Source: Phycisphaerae bacterium | GTDB lineage: Bacteria; Planctomycetota; Phycisphaerae; SM23-33 | Assembly (NCBI GenBank): GCA_049510055.1 | Contig: JBEKZI010000002.1 | Location: 17,132 to 81,131 of the forward strand | Reading direction: 5' to 3' | Length of the DNA: 64,000 nucleotides | Part shown: positions 1 to 9,853 of the stretch, in pieces | How positions within the stretch are numbered: position 1 is the stretch's first letter | How the letters are laid out: each line of letters starts with the position of its first letter | The notes under the pieces: generated by a model | Told to the model about the DNA's origin: nothing | Seen by the model: only the letters and a program-made list of their open reading frames with translations | Database searches by the model: none | Program-made: the position numbers and the translations under genes

Positions 1-2169
1 ATCGACAGGGCCGAGCCGAGCTGCTGCAACAGCAGCAATTGCCCGCCCATCAGGCTTCCCAGCGTGGCGGCCATAATCAGGCCGCAGGAGGAGATCACCG
101 GCCCGGTGGACACCATCGCCCGCCGCGTGGCCTGGAGCACCGTCGCCCCGACCGCCTCCTGGGCTAGGCGCGCCGCCAGGAAAATGTTGTAGTCCTGCCC
201 GACGGCCACCATCACCACGAACAGGAAGACCTTCACCTTCCAGTCCAGGCCCGGTTGGCCCATGAAGCTCGTCCACACCCAGTCGCTCAGGCCCAGCGTG
301 GCCAGGTAGCTCAGGAGCGTCGAGCCGACCATGAATGCCGACAGCAGTGGGTCGCGAAGGAGGGCCAGGACGATCAGGAAAATGGCCGTCAGCGCCAGCA
401 GGGCGATGCGGTGGAAATCCCCGTGCGTGACGGTTCGGATGTCGGCCATCTCAGCCGTCGCGCCGGCGGCCAGGACGGACGCGTGCAAGTTCAGTGGGGT
501 CATAGCGGCTGAGGCCATGCGGAGAATGTCCTGGAGCGACGCCATGGCCTCGAGCGTCAGGGCCGGCTGGTCCAGCAACACGGTCATCCGCATGGCCTTG
601 CCGTCGGCGCTGAGATACTCCGGCCCGACGATCGTCCCGGCTGAGGATGTGACCAGGAGGTTCGTGGCCGGATTTTCCGAGGCGCCCAACGGGGCGTTTA
701 TGCTGCGGATGTCGCTGATGTGGGGCAGCGTCCGAACGGCCTGGGTGATCTGCCGGGCTGCGGTGTCCCACTGCGGCGGCCCCAGGGGCGAGGCGGCCTC
801 GATCAGCAAGGTGACGGGGGCAATCTCGCCCGCCGGCCAATGCCACTTAGCCATCTCCAATCCCCTGGCTGCCCCGCCCAGGCCGGCGTGCTCGTAGGCC
901 TTGATCGAGGCTAGAGTATCGTACACCCAAGTGACGCGCAGGGCGTTGACAGCCGGCCCGGCCAGCACCACCAACGTCACCGTCAGCATCAGAATCGGCC
1001 GACCTGTAATCGCCCGCGCCAGCGCCGGCCAGAGTTCGAATCGCCGGCCGGAGGGCAAGACCGAGGTTTGGCCAAAGTCCGTCCGCATCGGCCAAAATAA
1101 TTTTGCACCGAAGATGCCCACGATCGCCGGCGCCAGCGTCACCGAGGCCAACATGGCCGTCACCACCGCCGCCGCCACCGCCGGCCCGGCCGTGCGGAAC
1201 ATGCCGTACCGCGCGAACGACATCATGGTCAGCCCGGCCGTGACCGTGCAGGCCGAGGCCACGATGGTGGGGAAGCACTGCGTGAGGCTTTCGGCCGCCG
1301 CGTGCGGAGGATCGATCCCGGCGGCCAGCAGCTCGCGGTAGCGGCTGATCAACAGCAGCGTGTAGTCCACACCGGCCCCGTAGAGCAGCACGAACACGAA
1401 GATGTCCTCCGCCGTGCCGACGTGCAGGCCGAACCGGTCCGCCAGGGTCAGGCCCTTGATGGCCACCACCGCCGCTAGGCTGATCGCGCCCAACGGCACC
1501 AGCGGCGCCACCGGCGAGCGGTACACAAGCAGCAGGATCACCACCACCGCCACGAGCGTGACCAGAATCGTGCGGCGATGGCTGTCTCGGGCGGCTACCG
1601 CGTAGTCATGTCCGAAGCCGGCCGATCCGGTGACGGCCGCCGACAGCCCCGCCGGCAGGGGGCGGGCCTCCACGACCGCGCGCGTGTGGGCGACGAGGCG
1701 GTCGGTGCGCATCGCGATGAAGTTGGTTGGGAACGCGGCCAGCACCAACGCCGCCTGCCCGTGGGGACCGACGGGACTGATCAGCAGGTTCCGCCACATC
1801 GGTTGGCCGGTCAGCGGGTTGGATGGGGCCTCCAGGGCTCGGGGCGAAAGGACCGTCACGCCGGCCAGATCCGCCACGTTGGCCTGGGCGGTGGGCGTCA
1901 GCAGGCGCCCGGCGACGCTCTCGATGGCGGCGTAATCGGCGGAGATGAGCGCCCCGTTTTTCCTCTCGAAGATCATGGCCGCTTCGCTCCGCCCGCTGCG
2001 TTGAGGGAAATAGCGGACCATCGCCTCGTCGGCGCGGCAGGAGGGTAAGTCGGCGGGCAGCAGGGGGGGTTCCTGCGATTTTCGAGGATCCTTGGGCGGC
2101 ACCAGCGCCGCCAGCAGCACCGCCGCGCCTATCCAGGCGGCCAAGACGACCCAGCGGGCTCGGTACACT
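1..2169 (-). CDS. MMPL/RND-superfamily membrane transporter (3' end truncated by window start)
   Basis: Minus-strand translation reads through position 1 with no stop, so the ORF track could not list it. It contains the MMPL-type motifs ...VGQDYNIFLAARL... and ...YGAGVDYTLLLISRYREL... The likely start is the GTG at 2169, followed by an N-terminal TM helix (VYRARWVVLAAWIGAAVLLAALV). Confidence 0.65.
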
Positions 2170-2271
2170 CTCTGGCCGATGCTTCCGGTTCCCTGGGACA
2201 AGGCTCTATCCGTTTCGCTTGCCGTCTTCGATGAGTTTCGCCGAACCACTTCGCGCCAGGATCGGCCGAGG

Positions 2272-3309
2272 CTACTTGAATTTCATTTCGACGCCGGTGG
2301 CGCGCCACGCCTCGATCAGCTTGCGGGCTTCGAGGAGCAGGTCCGACAATTGATTCGTGGCCGTGACCATCGTCTCGTAGAGCTGCGGGTCGTTGACCAG
2401 CTTGCCCAGCGTGCCCTGGCCGGAATCTATCTTTCGGGCGGCCCGATCCAGCGTGACCATCAACCGGGAGAGGTCGTCGGCGTCCTGGATGAGCTTGTCG
2501 GCCAGAGCGTTGATTTTCTGGCTGCTGTCGGTCGCGATGCCGGTAATCTGTCGGGTGGACTCTTTGGCCTGCTGGGCGAAGTCTTTAAGGGCCTCCATGG
2601 CGTCGGTGGCCTTGCCCGCCGCGTCCGCCGTTCTGGCCATCAGAGCTTCCATGTTTTCCTGGTTCTGAACGTTGCCGAAGATGGCATGCAGGTCGTCCAG
2701 GGTGCGGTTGATGCGTTCCAGCGTTCCGCGGAGGCCGGCGCTGGGTTCCGTCGTGGCCCCTGCCGGTGCGGTGGCGCCGGTCGTCGGCGCCAGGGCCTCG
2801 TTGAGGGTCTTGGCCAGTTTGGAAACGTTCATCATGGTCTCGTTCAGCTCCGGCGGGAACAGCCCGTTGCCGCGAGCGACGCCCTCCAGCACGGCGGAGC
2901 CGTCGTCGGGCAGGTACCGGGGCTGGCCGGTTTGACTGCTGATGGGCATGGGGCCTTCGGGAACCAGGTCCAGGTACCCCTTGCCGACCATGCCCTTGGA
3001 GAAGACCGTCGCCTGGGTGTTGGCCGGCAGGCGGATGGAGCGATCGATCCGCGCGGTGACGGTGATGCCCTTGGCCGGGTCGGCCGTCTCGGTGAAGTTC
3101 ACGCCGATTATCTTGCCCACGCGGATGCCGTGGAGGTACACGTCGTCGCCGACGGTCATGTCGTGGGTGGAGTCGAACCGCATCGCCACGATGTAGCCGG
3201 TCTGCAGGAGCTGAGGGATGCCCGTGAAGATCAGGATGAGCATTCCCAGCAATCCCAGGGCGATGATGACCGTCAGTCCTACGGCGATGTTGCGGGTTCT
3301 GTCCGTCAT
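2272..3309 (-). CDS. MCE/MlaD-family protein (outer-membrane lipid asymmetry / Mce-like substrate-binding component)
   Basis: 345 aa with a single N-terminal TM segment followed by an MCE domain (GIRVGKIIGV...). A coiled-coil-like C-terminal region is also present. It sits immediately downstream of an MlaF-like ATPase. Confidence 0.75.
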   Translation of the reverse strand: MTDRTRNIAVGLTVIIALGLLGMLILIFTGIPQLLQTGYIVAMRFDSTHDMTVGDDVYLHGIRVGKIIGVNFTETADPAKGITVTARIDRSIRLPANTQATVFSKGMVGKGYLDLVPEGPMPISSQTGQPRYLPDDGSAVLEGVARGNGLFPPELNETMMNVSKLAKTLNEALAPTTGATAPAGATTEPSAGLRGTLERINRTLDDLHAIFGNVQNQENMEALMARTADAAGKATDAMEALKDFAQQAKESTRQITGIATDSSQKINALADKLIQDADDLSRLMVTLDRAARKIDSGQGTLGKLVNDPQLYETMVTATNQLSDLLLEARKLIEAWRATGVEMKFK

Positions 3310-3327
3310 AGCGGGTTCTCCGCGATT

Positions 3328-4149
3328 CTAGGTTTCGGGGCCGTCGTTGAAGCTTTCCAACCGTCCGGTGCGCAGTTGCGCCAGCTCCTCTTCACTGGCC
3401 CGGCCCTCGACGAATCGGGCTACGATCTCGTTGTCCACGTCGCCGAGGTGGTCGGGCGTCATGTCGGCGATGAATCGTCCCTGGTAGAGCATGACGACGC
3501 GGTCGGCGATCTTGCGCGTCGATTGCATGTCGTGGGTTACGACGAGGGCCGTATTGCCCAGCGTGTTCTTCAGCTTCAGGATGAGTTCGTTGATCAGGTC
3601 GGCGCGGATCGGGTCCAGACCGGTGGTCGGCTCGTCGTAGAGGATCACCTTAGGGTTCAGCACGATGGCCCGCGCCAGGGCGACGCGCTTTTTCTCGCCG
3701 CCGGACATTTCCTCGGGGAACTTCTGCTGGGCGCCGTCCAGGCCGACCACCCGGAGCACCTCCTGGCATCGCTGGCGGGCCACGTCCAGGCTGTGGCCGT
3801 TGCCCTCGATCATCGGGAAGCAGATGTTCTCTTCCACGGTCATCGAGTCGAATAAGGCCGCCCCCTGGAACAAAAAACCGATCTGCCGGCGGATCGGCAC
3901 CAGCTCCCGCTCGCTCATGGCCGAGACTTCGTTTTCCTCAAAGTATACTTTGCCCTTGTCCGGCCGGATGAGGGAGACGATGTGCTTCAGCGTCACGCTC
4001 TTGCCGCAGCCGGACGGGCCGATGATCACCGTGATCTTGCCGGGGGCGATGTTCAGATTGACGGCGTTGAGAACGACCCGGCTGTCGAAGGCCTTGGTCA
4101 CGTTCTTCAGCCGGATGATGGGCTCTGTGTCGCTCATGTGTCGGTTCAC
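3328..4149 (-). CDS. ABC transporter ATP-binding protein (MlaF-like)
   Basis: Walker A (GPSGCGKS), ABC signature (LSGGEKKRVALARA) and Walker B (ILYDEPTTGLD) are all present. Length is 273 aa. Confidence 0.9.
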   Translation of the reverse strand: MNRHMSDTEPIIRLKNVTKAFDSRVVLNAVNLNIAPGKITVIIGPSGCGKSVTLKHIVSLIRPDKGKVYFEENEVSAMSERELVPIRRQIGFLFQGAALFDSMTVEENICFPMIEGNGHSLDVARQRCQEVLRVVGLDGAQQKFPEEMSGGEKKRVALARAIVLNPKVILYDEPTTGLDPIRADLINELILKLKNTLGNTALVVTHDMQSTRKIADRVVMLYQGRFIADMTPDHLGDVDNEIVARFVEGRASEEELAQLRTGRLESFNDGPET

Positions 4150-4183
4150 CGGGCCGCCGCCTGGGGACGTCGCGCCGGCCGCT

Positions 4184-4645
4184 TTAGTCTCCCAGCCTCA
4201 GCATCATGGCCGTTTCGTCGCAGGCCTCGGCCTTGGGGCAGGAAATGCACTCCCGCCAGACCTTCTCGGGAAGGTCTTGGCGGTCGATGACCTCAAAGCC
4301 GTGGCGGGTGAAGAAGTCCTTTTCATACGTCAGCGCGAATAGCCGCTTGACGCCCAGTCGCCGGGCGTCGGCCAGGGCGGCTTGAATCAGCGCCGAACCG
4401 ACGCCTTTGCCCTGTTCCTGCGGGCGCACGGCCAGGGACTTCACCTCGGCCAGGTCCGCCCAGAACAGGCTGACGGCCACACATCCTAAAAATCGGCCTT
4501 CGGCGTCTCCAGCTACAAGAAAATCCCGCAAGGAATTATAGACGCTTTCGAGGCTTCGGTGCAGCATCTTGCCTCGTTCGGCGTAGTAGTTGATTACCTC
4601 GCAGAGGGCTTCGGCGTCGGCGACTGTGGCGGGTCGAATGGTCAT
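4184..4645 (-). CDS. GNAT family N-acetyltransferase
   Basis: Acetyl-CoA binding motif (QEQGKGVGSALI) in a roughly 150-aa protein. The ORF could extend to 4687, but the ATG at 4645 (MTIRPAT...) is preferred. Confidence 0.75.
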   Translation of the reverse strand: MTIRPATVADAEALCEVINYYAERGKMLHRSLESVYNSLRDFLVAGDAEGRFLGCVAVSLFWADLAEVKSLAVRPQEQGKGVGSALIQAALADARRLGVKRLFALTYEKDFFTRHGFEVIDRQDLPEKVWRECISCPKAEACDETAMMLRLGD

Positions 4646-4801
4646 CGCGCGTATTCTAACCAGTTGCCCGCCCGGCGGGTAAGCCAAAAGCGCCGCCGCG
4701 GCGGGGGCAGCGAGGGTCCACCAGTTTTCTAGCCGCCGGGGCCGAGGGGCGGTATCATGGCTGGGGCGCTCCTAAAATGACCGGGTGGAAAGGACGCGAC
4801 T

Positions 4802-6292
4802 ATGGCGGAACTGGTAAAACCGCGTTGCCTCTTCGTCGTTTTCGGGGCCACCGGGGATTTAACGGCCCGCAAGATCGCCCCCGCCCTGTACAACCTCCTC
4901 CGCGACGAAAAGCTCCCGGCGGAGACCGTCGTGCTGGGCGTGGCCCGGCGGCCGTTCACCGACGAACAGTTCCGCGACATGATGTTCGGGGCCCTGACCA
5001 AGCATTCGCGCAGCCAGCCGGTTGACCAGGAGCTGTGGAATCGCCTGGCCCCCAACTGGCACTATCACGCCGCCCGCTTCGACCAGGAGCAAGATTTCCA
5101 ATCCCTCGCCGGGCGCATCCGTGAGCTGGAGGCGGCGGGTCCGCCCACCTGCCGGCTGCTGTATCTGGCGGTGATACCGGAGCAGTTGGAGCAGGTCGTG
5201 TCCAGTATCGGCAAGGCCGGCCTGAACAAGCCCGGCGCCGAGAACGGCTGCGTGCGAGTGGTGGTGGAAAAGCCCTACGGCACGGACCTGCCTTCGGCCG
5301 AGAAGCTCAACGCCTGCCTGCTGGACGTGTTCCAGGAATCCCAGGTCTGCCGCATCGACCATTACCTGGGCAAGGAGACGGTCCAGAACCTCTTGGTGCT
5401 GCGGTTCGCCAATGTGGTCTTCGACCCGCTGTTCAGCCGGCAGTTCGTGGACCATGTGCAGATCACCACGGCCGAGTCCGTCGGCATGGAAGGCCGCCGC
5501 GGGCCGTACTACGAGTCGGCCGGGGCGCTGCGCGACATGGTCCAGAGCCACATGCTCCAGCTGCTGGCCCTGATCGCCATGGACGTGCCGGCGCGGCTGG
5601 ACGCCCAATCCATCCACAACGAGAAGGTCAAGGTCCTCCAATCCATCGTCTCGATGACGGCGGACCAGGTCGCCCATCGCACCGTGCGCGGGCAGTACGT
5701 CGCCGCCGCCGGCCAGGTCGGCTACCGCCAGGAGCAGGGCGTCGCGCCCGACAGCCAAGTGGAGACCTACGCGGCCTTGACGCTCTACGCGGACACCTGG
5801 CGATGGGCCGGCGTGCCGTTTCACCTGCGGACGGGCAAGGCCCTGGCCGCCAAGGTCAGCCGGATCGACGTCGTCTTCAAGCGCGAGCCGCTGGACCTGT
5901 TCAGCGAGCTGGGCTGCGACTTCCGCGGCCCCAACCGGCTGGTCATCCGCATCACGCCCGACGAGGGGCTCAGCCTGGTCATCGACGGCAAGGTGCCCGG
6001 CGTGGGCATGACGCTTCGGCCGGTGCGCATGGACTTCGATTACGGCGCGACGTTCGCCTCCGCCTCGCCGGAGGCCTACGAGCACCTGCTGCTGGACGCC
6101 ATCCACGGCGAGACCACGCTGTTCCTGCGGGACGACGAGGTGGAGGCCTCCTGGCGGATCATCGACGCCATACGGGCTTCATGGAACCACAATGGAATGC
6201 CGAAGCTTATAATGTATCCCGCCGGCAGCCAGGGACCGGCGGAGGCCAAGCGGCTGCTGGGCGATCCGTACAGAGATTGGTATCCCCTTTAG
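4802..6292 (+). CDS. zwf: glucose-6-phosphate 1-dehydrogenase
   Basis: Carries the NADP-binding motif GATGDLTARK and the G6PD active-site motif DHYLGKE. Length is 496 aa. Confidence 0.95.
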   Translation: MAELVKPRCLFVVFGATGDLTARKIAPALYNLLRDEKLPAETVVLGVARRPFTDEQFRDMMFGALTKHSRSQPVDQELWNRLAPNWHYHAARFDQEQDFQSLAGRIRELEAAGPPTCRLLYLAVIPEQLEQVVSSIGKAGLNKPGAENGCVRVVVEKPYGTDLPSAEKLNACLLDVFQESQVCRIDHYLGKETVQNLLVLRFANVVFDPLFSRQFVDHVQITTAESVGMEGRRGPYYESAGALRDMVQSHMLQLLALIAMDVPARLDAQSIHNEKVKVLQSIVSMTADQVAHRTVRGQYVAAAGQVGYRQEQGVAPDSQVETYAALTLYADTWRWAGVPFHLRTGKALAAKVSRIDVVFKREPLDLFSELGCDFRGPNRLVIRITPDEGLSLVIDGKVPGVGMTLRPVRMDFDYGATFASASPEAYEHLLLDAIHGETTLFLRDDEVEASWRIIDAIRASWNHNGMPKLIMYPAGSQGPAEAKRLLGDPYRDWYPL

Positions 6293-6324
6293 TTTTTTTT
6301 TCGCCTTGTGCACCGGGTGCGGTT

Positions 6325-7101
6325 ATGACGCAGGCGAGTCATCACGCCAAAGTCATCGTGGAGCGCACCGTCGAGCAGGCCACCGCGACGGCGGCGGAAC
6401 TGTTCAAGACGATCATCTGCGAGGCGGTGGGGCATCGCGGCGTCGCGCACGTCGCCCTGGCCGGCGGCACGACGCCCCACGCGCTGTACCAGATACTGGC
6501 CGCCGGCGCCACCAGCGGCCAGATTCCCTGGCGGAAGGTGGAAATCTTCTTCGGCGATGAGCGCGACGTGCCGCAGGACCACGTCGAGAGCAACTACGGC
6601 ATGGCCCAGCGGAACTTGCTGGACCACGTGCCCATCGACCTGGCCCGCGTCCATCCCATGCCCGCCGACGCCGACGACATCCAGGCCGCCGCCCGGCAAT
6701 ACGAGCAGGACATCCGCCGCATCGTCCCGGCCGACGGCGGCGACGTGCCGCGCTTCGACCTGATCCTGCTGGGCATGGGCGGCGACGGCCACACGGCCAG
6801 CCTGTTCCCCAACACCGACGCCCTGAAGGAACACAAGCACCTGGTCTACGCCGGGTTCGTGCCGGTCCTGGGCCGCAAACGCATGACCTTCACCTACCCG
6901 CTCATCAACGCCGCCCGGCACGTGGTTTTCCTGGTCACCGGCAGCGACAAGGCCGAGGCCGTGCTGGGCGTGCTGGGGGAGAGCGAGGACATCCGCAAGC
7001 AGCTCCCCGCCGCGGCCGTCCACCCGGCCCACGGCGCCCTGACCATGATCCTGGACGCCGCCGCCGCACGCCTCACAGGCATCGCCCCGGCTGGGGCGTA
7101 A
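6325..7101 (+). CDS. pgl: 6-phosphogluconolactonase
   Basis: Pgl/DevB-like sequence (ALAGGTTP...LLGMGGDGHTASLFP). It is in frame inside the long read-through ORF 5803..7101, and the true ATG is at 6325, just after zwf. Confidence 0.9.
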   Translation: MTQASHHAKVIVERTVEQATATAAELFKTIICEAVGHRGVAHVALAGGTTPHALYQILAAGATSGQIPWRKVEIFFGDERDVPQDHVESNYGMAQRNLLDHVPIDLARVHPMPADADDIQAAARQYEQDIRRIVPADGGDVPRFDLILLGMGGDGHTASLFPNTDALKEHKHLVYAGFVPVLGRKRMTFTYPLINAARHVVFLVTGSDKAEAVLGVLGESEDIRKQLPAAAVHPAHGALTMILDAAAARLTGIAPAGA

Positions 7102-7216
7102 CCACATGCGGGGCGGGTGCCACGGCAGCGTTTCTTGCTGCCGTGTGAATGAATTATAGAGAGGTTTGCACGGCTGCACACAACACAGCCGTGGCACCGT
7201 GCAGAAAGGGTGATTT

Positions 7217-7870
7217 ATGGCTGCACATCTTGATACGCGACGGGCGAGACTCTACGGACGGGGATTTCGGTGGACTACGTCGACACGCTTCTGGACAACA
7301 GTAGTTAGCATGTGTGTTGTTCCGCTTGGTTTTCTAAGTCCCATAGACTGTTCGCGATGGACTGGGAAAGAAGAGCCTCCCCCTATGCCGCCGGTAGTTA
7401 TTGCCGTTGGTTGGAGTGCGGTTCTGTCCAACACAAGCGATCTTCCGCTAGGCATCGGTGGCGAACTTATGACTTGGTCAGCTAAAGCACCTCACCATAC
7501 TGAGATACGTATGCTTTACGAAGGAACAGTCGAGGGCCACCCTGCCAAAGGGTACTCGGTGTGGGCCGATAGCAACGCTGGTCCAGCGAGTAAAGAAGTA
7601 TACCGCGTTCTTTGCTCAGTGGTCAGGGAAGAGGGGCATCCGATAGTCGTGATCGAAGGGACTTCCGAAGTCGCCTGGCAACTTAAGGTTACCGAAGAGG
7701 GGAACAATGTAATCGTAGCCCAACAAGGGGATAAGGAGTCGGCTCTGCCGCTTGACCTACAGCCGGGACCGTTCCATATCAGGATTGAAGCTCGCGAGCA
7801 GAAGGAAACGAAGCAGAACCCTAGCTCGATGCCGCTTCCTACAACCGATCGATCTTCGCCGCCAGGATGA
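7217..7870 (+). CDS. hypothetical protein (low-GC orphan ORF; start uncertain)
   Basis: 217-aa ORF in a region whose GC drops to roughly 50%, against about 68% in the flanks. No recognisable domain was found. An internal start such as MPPVVIAVGW is possible. The 3' end overlaps the convergent PCD gene by about 30 bp. Confidence 0.35.
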   Translation: MAAHLDTRRARLYGRGFRWTTSTRFWTTVVSMCVVPLGFLSPIDCSRWTGKEEPPPMPPVVIAVGWSAVLSNTSDLPLGIGGELMTWSAKAPHHTEIRMLYEGTVEGHPAKGYSVWADSNAGPASKEVYRVLCSVVREEGHPIVVIEGTSEVAWQLKVTEEGNNVIVAQQGDKESALPLDLQPGPFHIRIEAREQKETKQNPSSMPLPTTDRSSPPG

Positions 7871-8159
7871 AGTCGCTTTCGTGCAGGCCGTTGATCTTGT
7901 GCGTCCACAACTCGATGCGGACGGTGCCCCAGGTGAAGTGAATCCACGGATGGTGGCCTTCCTGCTCGGCCAGGGCGCCCACGCGATTGACGAATTCCAG
8001 CGCCTTGGCGAAGTCGGGGAACTTCCACGTGCGGCTGATGTGATGCTCGTTGACGACCTCCCAGGCCGGGACGTGCTGGTGATATTCTTCGAGCTTCTCG
8101 CCCTTCAGCGGCGCCACGCCGCCGCGGCACGGAACGCATTTCTGATCGGCTAGAGACAT
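7839..8159 (-). CDS. phhB: 4a-hydroxytetrahydrobiopterin (pterin-4-alpha-carbinolamine) dehydratase
   Basis: PCD family signature (...EGHHPWIHFTWGTVRIELWTH...). The ATG at 8159 (MSLADQKC) is preferred over the GTG at 8243. Confidence 0.8.
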   Translation of the reverse strand: MSLADQKCVPCRGGVAPLKGEKLEEYHQHVPAWEVVNEHHISRTWKFPDFAKALEFVNRVGALAEQEGHHPWIHFTWGTVRIELWTHKINGLHESDFILAAKIDRL

Positions 8160-8271
8160 AGGATGGCCCTTTCCGAACGCCTGTGAAGCCCCCGCCGTGA
8201 GGCGGGGGATGCCGTTCCTTATGAATGATATCCCCGTGCTCACGCACGGGGCTTTACGGACATGCTATATT

Positions 8272-9750
8272 TTAGAATTGTTTCCGCCGCCGCGCGGGGG
8301 GGATGCCCAGCAGCTTGCGGTACTTGGCCACGGTGCGGCGGGCGATGTCCAGGCCGCTTTTCTTCAACTCGGCGGCCAGGGCGTCGTCGTCCAGCGGGGC
8401 GGCCTTGTCCTCGCCCTCGATAATCTCGCGGAGCTTGACCTTCACGGCGTCCCAGGCGACGTTCTGGCCGTCGGCGGTGGTCGTGCCGCCGGAGAAGAAC
8501 ATCCGCAGCGGGAAAATGCCCACGGGCGTCTGGGCGTACTTGCCCGCCACCGCGCGGCTCACCGTGGCCACGTGCACGCCGACCTTGGCGGCGATGTCGG
8601 CCATCGGCAGCGGGCGCAGGGCCTCGGGGCCGTCCTCCAGGAACTGCCGCTGCACCTTGAACACCTCCTCGGCCACGCGGCGGACCGTCTCGCGCCGCTG
8701 CTGAATCGCCCCGATCAGCCACTGGGCCGAGCGAATGTTTTTCAGGATGAACTGCCGCGCCTGCGAGTCGGCGCCGCGATCGCGGGCCATCTTGCGGTAG
8801 GCCTTGGAGATGTACAGACTCGGCTGATTGCCATCCGACAGCGTGATCTTGATCTCCCCGCCGGCCAGCACTTCCACGAAGACGTCCGGCGAAATGACCG
8901 GCACGGTTCGCTGGCCCACCAGCGAGCCGGGCCGAGGGTTCAGGCGCGACAGGCTCTCGATGGCGGCCTTGATTTCCGGCAGCGATTTGCCGGTGCGCTT
9001 GACGATCTGCGGCAGGCGGTTCATCTCGATGTCGCGGAGGAACCGCTGCACCAGGTCCATTTCCAGCGACACGTCCGCCCCGGCGGTGGCCTCGGCCGCC
9101 AGTTGCAGCATCAGGCACTCGCGCAGGTCGCGGGCGCCCACGCCGGGCGGCTCCAGCGTCTGCACCAGCGACAGCGCCGCGCGCAGGTCGGCCAGGGAGA
9201 CCGGCTCGTTGGTCTGCTTGGGCATCTCCTCCAGGGGCGTGCGGAGGTAGCCGTCCTCGCCGATAAAGTTGATGATCAGCCGGCCGGCGGCGCGGACGGA
9301 TTCCGCGGCCTCGATGAACGCCCACTGCTGGAGCAGGTAATCGTTGAGCGACTGCTCCGGCGCGGGGGCGTTGGCCATGGCGTCCATCTTGGGGTCGCGC
9401 TCCCCACTGACCGGACGGGGCCGCGGGGAGGCCTCGCGGTAGGCGAGCTCCGAGTCGTACTCGTCCGCGAAGTCGTCCAGACGCTTGAAGTCTTCCTTGT
9501 GGTCGTCGGCGGCGTCCACCACCATGTCCCGCTCGCCGGAGGCGTCGGCCTCCTCGTCGCGGTTGGGCGGGGCCTCTTCGTCCACCCCCGGCTCGTGCAG
9601 CTCCAGCACGGGATTGGACTGAAGCTCCGCCTCGATCCGCTCCTGCAAGGCCAGCATCGGCAGCTGGAGGATCTCCATCGACTGGATGAGCCGCGGGGAG
9701 AGCTTCATCCGCTGCTCGAGCCTGAGCTGTTGCGACGCGTCAAACCTCAT
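8272..9750 (-). CDS. rpoN: RNA polymerase sigma-54 factor
   Basis: N-terminal activator-interacting region (LQLPMLALQERIEAELQSNPVLE), a core-binding region, and the C-terminal RpoN box (ARRTVAKYR). Confidence 0.95.
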   Translation of the reverse strand: MRFDASQQLRLEQRMKLSPRLIQSMEILQLPMLALQERIEAELQSNPVLELHEPGVDEEAPPNRDEEADASGERDMVVDAADDHKEDFKRLDDFADEYDSELAYREASPRPRPVSGERDPKMDAMANAPAPEQSLNDYLLQQWAFIEAAESVRAAGRLIINFIGEDGYLRTPLEEMPKQTNEPVSLADLRAALSLVQTLEPPGVGARDLRECLMLQLAAEATAGADVSLEMDLVQRFLRDIEMNRLPQIVKRTGKSLPEIKAAIESLSRLNPRPGSLVGQRTVPVISPDVFVEVLAGGEIKITLSDGNQPSLYISKAYRKMARDRGADSQARQFILKNIRSAQWLIGAIQQRRETVRRVAEEVFKVQRQFLEDGPEALRPLPMADIAAKVGVHVATVSRAVAGKYAQTPVGIFPLRMFFSGGTTTADGQNVAWDAVKVKLREIIEGEDKAAPLDDDALAAELKKSGLDIARRTVAKYRKLLGIPPARRRKQF

Positions 9751-9853
9751 GACGCACCATTCTACGCGCGATCGGGCGGCGTTGGCAACGCTCGGCGGGG
9801 ATTGAGGGGTTCAGCCGGCGTAAGCAGGGCACGCCGAGAGGGTTGGGGAGCGC

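Noticed and set aside
4859-6106. 415-aa minus-strand ORF antisense to zwf
   Set aside because: Typical high-GC shadow ORF with an Arg/Gly/Ala/Pro-rich, low-complexity product. The zwf frame on the opposite strand has clear family motifs.
5803-7101. 432-aa ORF spanning the 3' half of zwf and all of pgl
   Set aside because: It is a read-through in the pgl frame. Its N-terminal 174 residues are Arg/Gly/Pro-rich antisense-type translation overlapping zwf. The real pgl start is the ATG at 6325.
7516-8247. 243-aa minus-strand ORF spanning the low-GC hypothetical gene and the PCD gene
   Set aside because: It crosses two differently composed regions and has a low-complexity product. The PCD frame (7839..8159) has the conserved EGHHP motif.
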